DNA of 64,000 nt from an uncultured Gemmatimonadales bacterium (GTDB taxonomy: Bacteria > Gemmatimonadota > Gemmatimonadetes > Gemmatimonadales > GWC2-71-9): assembly GCA_963739455.1 (NCBI GenBank), contig CAVUAK010000003.1, positions 40,930 to 104,929 of the forward strand, read 5' to 3'. The position numbers were made by a program, and so were the translations under genes. The stretch's first letter is position 1, and every line of letters starts with the position of its first letter. A model generated the notes under the pieces. It did not search any database and was not told the origin of the DNA. It worked only from the letters and a program-made list of their open reading frames with translations. Positions 19,257 to 32,960 of the stretch are shown in pieces.

Positions 19257-19892
19257 ATGCCACGCACCGCGACGCCCCGACCGACACTCCGCCAGGAGAA
19301 AGCCCGCTGGGCCGTCGGTCATCTCCTCATCGGCGTCGACGAAGTGGGACGCGGTCCGCTCGCTGGACCTGTCGTTGCGGCGGCGGTCGTCTTTCCCGCC
19401 AACGTCAAGCGCATCGCCGGCCTCCGCGACTCCAAGCTGCTCAGCGCAGCCCAGCGCGAACGACTCATTCCGCGCATTCGCGAGCGCGCCCTTCGCATCG
19501 CCGTGGCCGCCGCCTCCGTCCGCGAGATCGACCGCTTCAATATCCGCGTCGCCACCGCCATCGCCATGCGTCGCGCCGTCACTCGCGTGCTCCATGGCCT
19601 TGATGCCTGGCAGATCCTGGTGGACGGCCTCCCATTCCCCGAACTGGGTTACCCGCATCAGGCGCTCGTGGACGGCGATGCACACTGCGCCTCCATCGCC
19701 GCCGCCGGCGTCGTCGCCAAGCAGGTCCGCGATGAGCTCATGCGCCGCCTGGCGCTCAAGCATCCGTTGTATCGCTGGGAAACCAACATGGGATACGGCA
19801 CCGAGGAACATCAGCAGGGCATTCGCGATCACGGTCCCTGTTGCCACCACCGCCACACCTTCGCCCCAATCGCCCAGATGAGCCTTTTCTAG
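19257..19892 (+). CDS. rnhB: ribonuclease HII
   Basis: ATG 19257: IGVDEVGRGPLAGPVVAAAV, DSKLLS, catalytic DGDAHCASIAAAGVVAK, GYGT..H. Confidence 0.9.
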   Translation: MPRTATPRPTLRQEKARWAVGHLLIGVDEVGRGPLAGPVVAAAVVFPANVKRIAGLRDSKLLSAAQRERLIPRIRERALRIAVAAASVREIDRFNIRVATAIAMRRAVTRVLHGLDAWQILVDGLPFPELGYPHQALVDGDAHCASIAAAGVVAKQVRDELMRRLALKHPLYRWETNMGYGTEEHQQGIRDHGPCCHHRHTFAPIAQMSLF

Positions 19893-19950
19893 TCTCCGCG
19901 GTCGCAGTTCCTCCTCACGCTGTTTCGGTTCCTCCTCACGCAGTTTTCAG
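19893..19950. repeat. tandem ~21-nt repeat (GTTCCTCCTCACGCTGTTTCG family)
   Basis: gtctccgcggtcgca / gttcctcctcacgctgtttcg / gttcctcctcacgcagttttca. Fills the convergent gap and overlaps the stop at 19947. Confidence 0.85.
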
Positions 19951-21905
19951 TTCGCCGGCATCTCAAACGGCCTCCGCTCCTTCGCCGGCAGCCAGAAGAA
20001 CCTCGACGGTTGGGTTGCGAACGCCTTCCGCAGCGCTCGCCACAGCTCAGACCGGTCCCCCTTCGTCAGGTCCCGTGCCCGCGCCGCCGTCAGCAGCGCC
20101 AGCCAGGCCGAGACCGCGAAGTTGAAGAACCCGATCACGAGGATCCCCACCGCGGCCCACTCGAGATCCGCCGGGCGCAGCTCGCCTGCATCGCGCAGCG
20201 GCAGGATCCCGTAGGCCGCCGCCGCCGCGTGCAGCGTGACGTGACGCACCTCCAGCCAGATCCCGAAGAACCGGCTCAGCAGTACCGGCACGAAGCCGAG
20301 CAGGAAGCCGAGCGTGGCATAGCCCACCAGCCCGCCGACGTTGTGCTCCAGGAAGTCACCCGCGCGTTGTGCGAACGCCTTCCCGAACACCCGCTTGATG
20401 CGCGGGTCCTCCCGGGTCGCCTCTGGCAGGCGACGATATGCGCTCCAGTTCGATGTCGCCCCCGCGGCCAGGCTCGACAGCCACAGGAACACACCCGTCA
20501 CCGCGGCATAGACGATCGTGAGGGTCCCCACCGGGTTGACGCCCCGCAGTGCATGCTCCGCTTCCGGCAGTTCCAGGAACCAGCGTCCCGTCGCCAGGTG
20601 CACCAGGAAATCCAGCACCAGCGCCAGCGTTACCGTCGCCGCGACGTTGGAGACCGTCACCGCCGCCTGCGATCGCGAGATGGCGGCGATCAGCTCGACA
20701 TTGTGCGACATGTCGTCCTTGTCCGCCAGCGACGTCGCCAGCGCCGACGCCGTCATCGCCGGCTGTTTTGACGCAAGCGAGAAGTGGAAGATCTGGAGGA
20801 TCCAGAAGCTGATCGTGTAGTTCGCCGCCAGGCCCAGCCCAAGGATTACCGGGGCCAGCGGCAGGGCAGAGATGCCGAACTTGGCCAGCGCGGTGAAGGC
20901 GGTGACGCAGCCGCCGTACGCGCCGGCACGCAGGTTCGCCCACCACTCTTTCCGCGAACGCACCACGTAGTGTTCACCGGTGATGCCGGTGTACTCCGTG
21001 ATCTTGAGCGCGAGGCGCTTCGCTTCGGCCCGCCCCACCGCACTGATGCTGTGGTCCGTGGCCAGCGAGCGCACCGTCTGCATCCCGACTTCCCGCGCCG
21101 GGATCGCGTGGGTGCCGAGTGCCACGTTGATCAGGACCGCCAGTCGAGTCAGCTCCGCGCCCAGCAGTTCATGCAGGAAGAGGCTCTCGGTCGACGCACC
21201 CCGCTTGTCCATGAAAGTCGTGATCTCCTCCACCACGCGCCGGCACTGGGCCAGTTCCGCTTGCCAGTCGGGATGCTCCGCGCCGGTCGCGACCGCAGTG
21301 CGCAGCCGTTCCACCAGCTGTGGCAGGTCCATGAACCGCGAGTTGATCAGGTCCTCGGCGGGGCGCACGTCGAGAATGCCGCCCGACGTCCCCACCACCG
21401 CGATGCGCGTCGCGATCAGCTGGGCCGCGCGGAACAGCATGGCGCGGGGAATCGAGACCAGCGCCGCGGCCCGCTCGACGGTCTCGCCGTCAAGGCTCCC
21501 GATCCACTGCGCATCGTCCTCGGTGAGCCTCAGGCGGAACAGCAGGTCGGGCAGGTTGTCTGGCGTGCGATAGCGCGGCAGGAAACGATTGGCGATTCGG
21601 TGGAACAGTTCTTTGGACAGCGAATGCTGGCTCGGCAGGCCGGTCTCCGCCAGCAGGCGGATGACAGTCGGGTGACTCCACGCCGTGTGCAGTCGCTCCA
21701 CCAGCACGTCCCGCTGGGGATGGGACGCGATGCCATCGAGCAGCAGCAGCAGCCGCACGGTGCGAGGCGACTGCGGACCCAGCGGCCGCGTCGGGGCCGC
21801 GCGCAGCCAGCGCAGCAGGCGCTCGAGCCAGAAGGCACTGCCCCCCGGCAGCGCTTCCGCCAGCAGTTTCTGGAGCTCGGGTTCTAGCGCGACGGCAGGA
21901 TCCAT
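19947..21905 (-). CDS. large polytopic membrane protein resembling the 'site-specific recombinase' (Gcr-like) family
   Basis: 652-aa intact ORF. Soluble N-terminal ~330 aa (LRWLRAAP...RTVRLLLLLDGI...HPTVIRLLAETGLP) followed by ~6 TM spans. Family assignment is from memory. Overlaps the bioD stop by 22 nt. Confidence 0.5.
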   Translation of the reverse strand: MDPAVALEPELQKLLAEALPGGSAFWLERLLRWLRAAPTRPLGPQSPRTVRLLLLLDGIASHPQRDVLVERLHTAWSHPTVIRLLAETGLPSQHSLSKELFHRIANRFLPRYRTPDNLPDLLFRLRLTEDDAQWIGSLDGETVERAAALVSIPRAMLFRAAQLIATRIAVVGTSGGILDVRPAEDLINSRFMDLPQLVERLRTAVATGAEHPDWQAELAQCRRVVEEITTFMDKRGASTESLFLHELLGAELTRLAVLINVALGTHAIPAREVGMQTVRSLATDHSISAVGRAEAKRLALKITEYTGITGEHYVVRSRKEWWANLRAGAYGGCVTAFTALAKFGISALPLAPVILGLGLAANYTISFWILQIFHFSLASKQPAMTASALATSLADKDDMSHNVELIAAISRSQAAVTVSNVAATVTLALVLDFLVHLATGRWFLELPEAEHALRGVNPVGTLTIVYAAVTGVFLWLSSLAAGATSNWSAYRRLPEATREDPRIKRVFGKAFAQRAGDFLEHNVGGLVGYATLGFLLGFVPVLLSRFFGIWLEVRHVTLHAAAAAYGILPLRDAGELRPADLEWAAVGILVIGFFNFAVSAWLALLTAARARDLTKGDRSELWRALRKAFATQPSRFFWLPAKERRPFEMPAN

Positions 21906-22579
21906 GGCAGCGTCGGCGCAAGCGCGGCGGCAGCGGCGGTCGGGTCAGTCAGCCTCGGCACTTCCAGGACTCGGTCGAGACCGGACAGGCGCACGATGGC
22001 GTCGCGATTGGTGGCGGTAGATGCATCGGGTACTTCCGGGGCGGACAGCACCACGCCCGCCGCGAGGATGCCGCCCAGCTCGAGCGCGCCCAGCGTGAGC
22101 AGCGTGTGGTTGATGGTACCGAGCCGGTTGGCCGCCGCGACCAGCACCGAGGCACCCAGCGCCTCCGCCAGGTCCACGACATTCCAGTCCCATGCCAGCG
22201 GTGCCAGCAGGCCGCCCGCCGTCTCGACCAGCGTGATCTCGGTGCCGCGCGCAACCCGCTCCACCTCGCCCACCACCGTATCGAAGTCCAGCTTCTCGCC
22301 GCCCTCCAGGTCCACCGCCACTGCCGGGGCCACCGGTGTGCGGAACCGGTAGAGTGCGTGCAGCGGTGCCCGCTGCCCGGTGGCCGCCGCCAGCTGCACT
22401 CCGTCCTCGGAGGCCGATGGATTCAGCTCCGTGCCGGTTTCCACCACCTTGATCGCGACGACACTGTGCCCGCCCAGCACCAGTGCCCGCGCCAGCGCGC
22501 ATCCCACCCAGGTCTTGCCGACGCCGCTGTCGGTGCCCGTCACGAAGATGATGCGCGACGTGCCGGCAGCGCCGCTCAT
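21884..22579 (-). CDS. bioD: dethiobiotin synthase
   Basis: Start MSGAAGTSRIIFVTGTDSGVGKT (P-loop). ATGA overlap with the bioA stop (22576-22579). Confidence 0.85.
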   Translation of the reverse strand: MSGAAGTSRIIFVTGTDSGVGKTWVGCALARALVLGGHSVVAIKVVETGTELNPSASEDGVQLAAATGQRAPLHALYRFRTPVAPAVAVDLEGGEKLDFDTVVGEVERVARGTEITLVETAGGLLAPLAWDWNVVDLAEALGASVLVAAANRLGTINHTLLTLGALELGGILAAGVVLSAPEVPDASTATNRDAIVRLSGLDRVLEVPRLTDPTAAAAALAPTLPWILPSR

Positions 22580-23943
22580 GCCGGCACCGTAACCGGGGCG
22601 CCGCACACCTCGATGATCGATTCCTGGATCACGCGCACCAGCATCGCGAGTTCGGTCTCCGTCACGGTCAGCGGCGGCATGAGCACGACGACGTCTCCCA
22701 GCGGTCGGAGGAACACTCCACGCTTCCGTGCTGCGCCACACACCTTCATGCCACGACGCTCCCTCGCCGGGTACGACATCCTCGTGTCGCGATCAGCCGT
22801 CAACTCGATGCCGGCTGCCAGGCCGTACTGCCGGATATCTCCCACGGCGGGCAGCACGCGCAGTTCCTCCAGCAGCGCCGCGAGCATCGTCACCTTGCCG
22901 GGCAACTCCGCCAGCAGGTTGGTTTGCTCGAAAATGTCGAGCGTCGCGTGCGCGGCGGCCGCAGCCAGCGGGTTGCCGGTGTACGTGTGACCGTGAAAGA
23001 AGGTGCGGCCCTCGGATGGATGACCGAGGAACGCGCGAAAGATCCGTTCCGTGGTGAGTGTCGCCGCCATCGGCAGGTAGCCGCCGGTCAGTCCCTTGGC
23101 GAGACAGAGGAAGTCGGGGCTCACACCCTCCTTGTTCGATGCGAACAGTTCCCCCGAGCGCCCGAAGCCCACCGCCACCTCGTCCAGCACAAGCAGTGTG
23201 CCCGCGCGATCGGCCAGCTCCCGCACCCGCCGCGTGAAGGCGGGCGGCTGCGTCAACATCCCGGCCGCGCCCTGCATTCCCGGCTCCAGCACGATGGCCG
23301 CGAGTGTGGAACCGTGCGCATTCACCAGCGCCTCGAGCACTTCCTCAGAGCCGGGAACCCCGGGTGACGGTGCCTGGATCGTCTGGAAGAGCAGGGGACG
23401 GTACCGCTCGTGGAAGAGGTCGATACCACCGAGCGACACCGAGCCGATCGTGTCGCCATGATAGGCATTGCCGAAGGTGAGGAACGCGGTCCGCTGCTTC
23501 TGCGCGCCACCGTCGGCCTGCTGCCAGTACTGCAGCGCCATCTTGAGCGCCACCTCGACCGCGGTGGACCCGTTGTCGGAGTAGAAGACCCGCGAGAGGC
23601 CCGCCGGTGCCTTGTCCACCAGCCGCTTCGCCAGCGTCACCGCCGGTGCCGTGGCATTGCCCAGGAAGGTCGCATGCGCGATCCGGTCGAGCTGCGCCCG
23701 GATCGCCGCGTCGATCTCCGGCCGCCGGTGCCCGAACAGGTTGCACCACAGGGAACTGACGCCGTCGAAGTACCGCCGCCCGTCGGCGTCGATGAGGTAG
23801 TGCCCCTCACCGGCCACCACCATGAGCGGATCGTCGTCGGCGTACGCACTGTGCGGCGTGAACGGATGCCACACGTGGAGTGCATCCAGCTCACGGAGCT
23901 CGCCGCTGTTACCCGCGCCGCTGTTACCCGCCCTACCCGCCAT
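22576..23943 (-). CDS. bioA: adenosylmethionine-8-amino-7-oxononanoate aminotransferase
   Basis: 455-aa ORF: HVWHPFT, YSDNGSTAVEVALKMA, DEVAVGFGRSG, FLCLAKGLTGGYLP (PLP lysine). The N-terminal AGNSGAGNSG is encoded by a 15-nt tandem duplication, so the exact start is uncertain. Confidence 0.9.
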   Translation of the reverse strand: MAGRAGNSGAGNSGELRELDALHVWHPFTPHSAYADDDPLMVVAGEGHYLIDADGRRYFDGVSSLWCNLFGHRRPEIDAAIRAQLDRIAHATFLGNATAPAVTLAKRLVDKAPAGLSRVFYSDNGSTAVEVALKMALQYWQQADGGAQKQRTAFLTFGNAYHGDTIGSVSLGGIDLFHERYRPLLFQTIQAPSPGVPGSEEVLEALVNAHGSTLAAIVLEPGMQGAAGMLTQPPAFTRRVRELADRAGTLLVLDEVAVGFGRSGELFASNKEGVSPDFLCLAKGLTGGYLPMAATLTTERIFRAFLGHPSEGRTFFHGHTYTGNPLAAAAAHATLDIFEQTNLLAELPGKVTMLAALLEELRVLPAVGDIRQYGLAAGIELTADRDTRMSYPARERRGMKVCGAARKRGVFLRPLGDVVVLMPPLTVTETELAMLVRVIQESIIEVCGAPVTVPA

Positions 23944-23964
23944 ACCCGCCCTCCCCGCCTTGCC

Positions 23965-24949
23965 TCACGCAGGAACCAATTCCGCAACACGGAATCCAGC
24001 ATCGGCAATCATCTTCAAGTCTGCCTCATACCCCGCGCCACCCGTCGTCAGGTACCCGTTCACGAAGATCGAGTTCGCCGGCCAGAGTGCCAGCGCCTGC
24101 AGGTGACGCAGGTTCACCTCCCGACCCCCGGCCACCCGGATATCCCGCGACGGGTTCACGAAACGGAACATTGCCAGCAGCCTGAGACAGTCCATCGGCG
24201 CCAGCCGCTCGTTGTCACCCATCGGCGTGCCGGGGCGCGGATCGAGGAAGTTGACCGGGATCGATTCCACCTCGAGCGCCTGCAGCTCGAACGCGAGCGA
24301 AATCCGGTCGTCCTCCGTCTCGCCCATGCCCATGATGCCGCCGCAGCACGCCTCGAGACCCGCCGCGCGCGCGCGCTTCACCGTCGCCACCCGGTCGTCC
24401 CACGTGTGGGTACCGCAGAGCTCCGGGTAGAACCGCTTCGATGATTCGAGGTTGTGGTTGAAGCGGGTCACCCCCGCCTCCGCGAGCTGCTCCGCCTGGC
24501 CGTCCTTGAGCAGGCCGAGCGACGTGCAGACGTTGATGTTCATCTCGGCCTTGATCTGCCGCACCGCCTCGCAGATCGTGTCCAGGTCGCGCGCCGACGG
24601 CCCCCGCGTCGCCGTCACCATGCAGTACTTCACTGCGCCCATGGCGTGCGCGTGCCGGGCGCCCTCCACCAGTTCGTCCACCGTCTGCATCCGGTACTGA
24701 GTCTACGCCCGTGTTGTGGCGCGACGACTGGCTGCAGAAAGCGCAGTCCTCCGGACACTTGCCGCTCTTGGCGTTCTGCAGCACGTGCAGCCGGACATCC
24801 CTGCCGTGAAACTGTTGGCGGATCTGGAACGCTGCCCCGAGCAGGGGAAGCAGGTCGTCGTCGCTCGAGCGCACGATGCTCCGCGCGTCGTCGGCCGAGA
24901 TCGGGTTGCCGCCCAGCACCTGCTCGGCGAGCGCACTCCAGTTGCTCAC
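23965..24949 (-). pseudogene. bioB: biotin synthase, frame broken by one extra nucleotide
   Basis: ORFs 24215-24949 (radical-SAM CPEDCAFCSQSSRHNTGVDS) and 23965-24690 (MQTVDELVEGARHAHAMGAVKYCM...) join as ...GVDS|YRMQTVDEL... after removing 1 nt near 24697. Confidence 0.9.
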
Positions 24950-25015
24950 ATGAACTCCGGGGATATTTGATTGGGAGACTACTGGGATGCGGGGCCAGAT
25001 GGTAGATGGGACGGG

Positions 25016-25048
25016 GAGTCGTCAGTCGTCAGTCGACAGTCGTCAGGC
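25016..25048. repeat. tandem heptamer array (GTCAGTC x ~4)
   Basis: gagtc gtcagtc gtcagtc gacagtc gtcaggc, in the divergent/convergent gap after bioB. Confidence 0.85.
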
Positions 25049-25096
25049 AGGGGACAGCTGACAGCTTTCTGCCGACTGCCGACCGATGACTGTGGA

Positions 25097-25465
25097 CTAG
25101 TTCGGGGGATATTTCTGGAATATTTGTTGGACTGTCCGAATCCGCTCGGCGAAGTCCAGCAACGTCATGTCGTAGACGATGTCATCGCTCCCGCTCAGCG
25201 CGCCGAAGGCCGCTCCGGCAGTCCCCATCTGCATCTCCGACGCCTGGAACAGCCGCATTTCCTTGATCTCGCCCGCCTTCACCACACCGGTCGAGTCCGC
25301 CTGCCGGTAGGTCAGCTTGTCACCCTCCAGGCTGACCAGCCGGATGTCCCACAGCAACTCGTCGTTCTGGAGCGTGATTTGCCAGCGGTCAGCCTTGGCC
25401 TGGGCCGCCGACGGGGCAGGGGCCGCCAGGGCGGCCAGGAGTCCGAGCAGGATGAGCAAGCGCAT
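25097..25465 (-). CDS. hypothetical secreted protein
   Basis: Start at MRLLILLGLLAALAAPAPSAAQA (signal peptide). 122 aa. No family recognised. Confidence 0.55.
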   Translation of the reverse strand: MRLLILLGLLAALAAPAPSAAQAKADRWQITLQNDELLWDIRLVSLEGDKLTYRQADSTGVVKAGEIKEMRLFQASEMQMGTAGAAFGALSGSDDIVYDMTLLDFAERIRTVQQIFQKYPPN

Positions 25466-25562
25466 GGGCCTCCAGTTGGGCTGCTCCTGCATCTTAGCCG
25501 TTTTCTTCCCCGACGGGCCGCTCTTGAGTTTCCCTCGGCCAGCGGGCACGTTTCGCGGATTG

Positions 25563-25635
25563 GGGGGCGTAGCTCAATTGGTAGAGCACGGGCCTTTTAA
25601 GCCCTAGGTTGTGGGTTCGAGTCCCACCGCCCTCA
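25563..25635 (+). tRNA. tRNA-Lys (anticodon TTT)
   Basis: Hand-folded cloverleaf. Acceptor GGGGGCG/CGCCCTC, D-arm GCTC..GAGC, anticodon loop CTTTTAA, T-arm GTGGG-TTCGAGT-CCCAC. No encoded CCA. Confidence 0.9.
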
Positions 25636-25639
25636 TGAC

Positions 25640-25677
25640 AAGGCGGGCAAGGCGGTAGGGCGGGGAGGGCGGGGTGG
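25640..25677. repeat. G-rich nonamer array (complement of the CCCTCCCCG family), G4-capable
   Basis: aaggcgggc aaggcggta gggcgggga gggcggggt. Inverted relative to the array at 33498-33527 on the other side of the peptide island. Confidence 0.8.
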
Positions 25678-25680
25678 CCC

Positions 25681-25790
25681 CCTCACTCCTCACGCCGTTG
25701 CTGTTCCTCCTCACGCTGTTTCGTCCGCCCCTGGTTCCTCCGCTTTTGGCTCCTCCGCGCTTGCTTCTTCCGCAGTTCCATTTTGCGCCG
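25681..25790. repeat. degenerate tandem ~21-nt repeat (GTTCCTCCTCACGCTGTTTCG family)
   Basis: cactcctcacgccgttgct / gttcctcctcacgctgtttcg / ...gttcctccgcttttg / gctcctccgcgcttgct... Lies between tRNA-Lys and the first island gene. Confidence 0.8.
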
Positions 25791-25823
25791 CATACTATAT
25801 GTGGCTCCCTCTCCCCGGTTTCC

Positions 25824-26790
25824 ATGAACATCCTGTCTGACCGCCCCGTCTTCGCCGTCGATGGCGAGGTCTTTCATTGGGGTGATGTGGTGCTGCACGC
25901 ACAGGCGAGTGGTCGCTGGGACGAGCTTCAGGCCGAGGCTCGCCAGGGCCTCGCCTGTGAGTCGCATTTTGATACCATCGACGAGGACGGTGCCGAGGAA
26001 GCCATCGACGACGCGGCTGCCGAGTTCCGCTATGACCGCGAGCTCATCACCGCCGAGGAAATGGAGGCCTGGCTCCAGGCCAGGGGGCTCACGCCAGAGG
26101 AGTGGATGGGGTCCATTCGCCGCACCGTCCTCCGTCAGCTTTGGGCCGCCGACCTCGACGAGATCGTGGCGGAGCACCCCGTCTCCGACACGGAGCTCGA
26201 TGAGGCCCTCCGCATCGACCTGCTCTGCTCCGGGGCGCCTCGCATCCTGGCCGAGGAACTGGCGGTCGAGGCCGCCGCGGCGGCCGCGGCGGCCGTGACC
26301 TCCCCGCCCTCCCCGCCATCTGACGACCGGCATGCCCTCCTGGCTGCCCTCCGCGCCCGCGCCGTCCGCTTCCGCCAGGAGGCCCTGGCCCCCGAGACCA
26401 TCGCCCGCGAGGTCCAGTCCAACCAGATGGAATGGATCAGGGTCGACTGCCAGGCAATCGGCTTTCCCGAGGAAGGCCCCGCCCGCGAGGCGGCGCTCCT
26501 GCTGCGCGAGGACGGGCTCGACATCGAGGAGGTTGCCGGCGAGGCCGACGTGCCTATCGAGGATGTGGTGTTCTACCTCGATCAGCTCGACCCCGAACAG
26601 CACTCCCGCTTCCTCGGCGCGACCGTGGACGACGTCATCGGGCCAGTCCCGGTCGACGATGCGTGGAACGTCTATCTCGTCGTGGCGAAGGTGATGCCCT
26701 CCATCCAGGATCCGGAGATCGTCCGCCGGGCCGAGGAAGGGGTGCTCTCCCGGCTGCTCGCAGGCGAGGTCAACCGACGTGTACGGTGGC

Positions 26791-26804
<14 letters not shown>
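25824..26804 (+). CDS. hypothetical protein, first gene of the peptide-export island (possible PpiC/SurA-like C-terminal region)
   Basis: ATG 25824 (MNILSDRPVFAVDGEVFHWGDV). 326 aa, acidic, intact frame, high GC3. Its stop overlaps the start of the exporter gene. Functional assignment is weak and by eye only. Confidence 0.65.
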
Positions 26805-30014
<3,210 letters not shown>

Positions 30015-30018
30015 CAGC

Positions 30019-31254
30019 ATGAGCGGCGACGATACCGCCTTCCTCGAGTCCGATCCGCCGCACTGGGCCGCCCGCGGCCTCGGTCGACCTCATCATCGTG
30101 CTGTTCGTGCTCATGCTGCTCGCCGCGGTCGTGGTGCACGTGCCCGAGACGGTGTCGGGCCGGTTCACCCTGGTGCCCCTGCGCGGCACCGATCCGGTCC
30201 GGACCCCGCGGAAGGCGTCCTCACCGTCGTCGCGGTCCAGGAGGGCGAGCCGTCCCGGCCGGCGCCACCCTCTTCGTGGTTCGCTCCGCCGTCGGCCAGC
30301 CGATCGCACCTCCGACCTGCGCACCCTGCGAGACCCAGCTGCGCGGCCAACACCGAGCGCCTGCTCCGCATCGCCGCCAGCCAGTACCGCAGCCCGCGCC
30401 GCGTCCGATTCGGCCGAAGGCCCGCCGGCTCCAGAGTCGCGAGACCTTCCTCGAGCGCCTGATCGCGTCCGAAGAGCCAGCGCCTCGCCGCTGATCCAGG
30501 AGCATCGCCGACAGTTCCGTGGCCGGTGCCAAGCGCGGCGCGCTCGGCACCGGCTCGACGTGCAGCCGGCTCGAGACTCGAGCCCGAGCCGCTCGAGCGA
30601 GGAGAGTCCAGACCGCCAACAACGACCTCGCGAGACCCGCGCCGACATCACGCGGCTCAAGCAGGACGAGGATTGCCCGCGACCTCGAATACCGGCAGAT
30701 CCGCGGCGCCTCGAGGAAGCACATGGACCACCGAGCGGATCCGCACCACGTCGCTGCAGCGCGACCCGGCCACCATCAGCGACTGCGGCCTGGTCCTCAC
30801 GTCACCCTGCGCCGGCACCATGCTCCGCCTCCGGGTCAACGCGCCCGGCGCCGTGGTGCAGCGAGGGCGACATCCTCGGCGAGGTGGCCTGCGCAGGGCG
30901 ACCGGCTGCAGGCCGAGCTGGTGCTGCCCCAGGCCGGCGTGCCGCAGGTCCACGCCGGCCAGGGCGTGAAGCTCCGCTTCGATGCCTTCCCCTATCAGCG
31001 CTTCGGCGTCCAGTTCGGCACCGTGCAGTGGCTGGGGCCCGCCGGCGAGCGCCGGCACGGACCAGGGCGGCTTCCGCGCGCTCGTCGAGCTCTCGCCGCG
31101 ACTCAGATCCGGGTGCAGCGGCAAGATGGCGGCCGCCTGCTCCCCGGCATGGGCGGGCGAGGCCGACATCGTGGTGGGCCGCCGCTCGCTGGTGAGCTAC
31201 GCCTTCGAGCCGATCCGCGCCCTCAAGGAGATCTTCGCCGAGGTGCCGGCCCAC

Positions 31255-31258
<4 letters not shown>
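30019..31258 (+). pseudogene. HlyD-family secretion adaptor; heavily frameshifted
   Basis: Pieces read [21 protein letters not shown]|VDLIIVLFVLMLLAAVVVHVPETVSGRFTLVPL (TM), a coiled-coil middle, ISDCGLVLTSPCAGTMLRLRVNAPGAVVQ|EGDILGEVA, GQGVKLRFDAFPYQRFGVQFGTV, LLPGMGG|EADIVVGRRSLVSYAFEPIRALKE. About 23 frame-switch sites. The proposed TGA at 31256-31258 overlaps the next start (GTGA). Confidence 0.75.
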
Positions 31259-32273
<1,015 letters not shown>

Positions 32274-32286
32274 CTGCGAGTATCGC

Positions 32287-32359
32287 TGTCATCGCGAGGC
32301 CGCGCAGCGGCTTTGGCGATCCCGGTGCACCGGCACGGAGCCGCGTTTCGCTACCATGG
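32287..32359 (+). promoter_or_regulatory. conserved upstream module copy 1 (two-tier hairpin; candidate activator binding site/UAS)
   Basis: TGTCATCGCGAGGCCGCGCAGCGGCTTTGGCGATCCCGGTGCACCGGCACGGAG...CTACCATGG. Outer stem ATCGC/GCGAT, inner stem GCCGC/GCGGC. Lies ~163 nt upstream of the -24 GG. Near-identical copy at 32703-32773. Confidence 0.5.
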
Positions 32360-32448
32360 TCCCATCTCGGTCCCATCGCAGGGTCTTGTTCTCGGGCCGC
32401 CACCTCTCTTCGCGGTGCGAAGTCATTGTGATTGCTGTGCGCACGGTT

Positions 32449-32464
32449 CGGCACAGCGATTGCT
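32449..32464 (+). promoter_or_regulatory. sigma-54 (-24/-12) promoter of peptide gene 1
   Basis: tcGGCACagcgaTTGCt. GG at 32450-32451 and GC at 32462-32463 give the canonical 12-nt register. 58 nt to ATG 32521. Confidence 0.7.
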
Positions 32465-32520
32465 TTTCAATCGGGGGTGACAACGTCGTCGGGACCCGTT
32501 TACCACCACTGGAGTACACC

Positions 32521-32634
32521 ATGGCCGCCAAGAAGAGCTCAAAGGTGAAGGATCTGCCCCGCAAGTCGGTCTCGTCGAAGAAGGCCGCGAACGTGAAGGG
32601 TGGTCGGAAGGCCGGCAAGGGTCAGCAGGAGTAG
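32521..32634 (+). CDS. double-glycine-leader precursor peptide 1 (37 aa)
   Basis: MAAKKSSKVKDLPRKSVSSKKAANVKGG|RKAGKGQQE. GGAG RBS 6 nt upstream. High GC3. Paralogous to the next three mini-ORFs. Sits next to the C39 exporter. Confidence 0.75.
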   Translation: MAAKKSSKVKDLPRKSVSSKKAANVKGGRKAGKGQQE

Positions 32635-32670
32635 CTGAATGGCGTTGGACAAGTTCCGGCATCGTTTCTC

Positions 32671-32699
32671 GGCCCGCTGACCTCTCAGGACAGCGGGCC
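32671..32699 (+). terminator. stem-loop after peptide gene 1
   Basis: GGCCCGCTG-acctctcagga-CAGCGGGCC (9-bp stem). No clear U-tract. Confidence 0.5.
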
Positions 32700-32702
32700 A
32701 TG

Positions 32703-32773
32703 TGTCATCGCGAGCCCGCGTAGCGGGCGTGGCGATCCCGTTGCATCGGCACGGAGTCGTTTCACTACCATGG
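32703..32773 (+). promoter_or_regulatory. conserved upstream module copy 2 (two-tier hairpin with compensatory inner-stem change)
   Basis: TGTCATCGCGAGCCCGCGTAGCGGGCGTGGCGATCCCGTTGCATCGGCACGGAG...CTACCATGG. The inner stem is CCCGC/GCGGG versus GCCGC/GCGGC in copy 1. Lies ~184 nt upstream of the -24 GG. Confidence 0.5.
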
Positions 32774-32885
32774 CTTCGGATCAGTACCACTGCTCGGCCC
32801 CATCATCGAACCATTCTCCAGGTCACCTGCACCGGTTCGTTCGCGAAGTCGTTGTCATTGCATCACATCCGGATTTGGCGCAGTT

Positions 32886-32901
32886 GGGCACAGCGATTGC
32901 C
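32886..32901 (+). promoter_or_regulatory. sigma-54 (-24/-12) promoter of peptide gene 2
   Basis: tGGGCACagcgaTTGCc. GG at 32887-32888 and GC at 32899-32900. The core GGCACAGCGATTGC is identical to that of promoter 1. 61 nt to ATG 32961. Confidence 0.7.
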
Positions 32902-32960
32902 TTTCTATAGGGCAGGCAGAACTTCGCTGCCGCCTCGTTCACTACCACAGGAGATGCACC

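Noticed and set aside
23921-23968. Nonamer/15-nt repeats at the bioA 5' end, considered as evidence that bioA is truncated
   Set aside because: The conserved bioA N-terminal motif (LDALHVWHPFT) lies downstream and in frame. The repeats only make the exact start codon uncertain.
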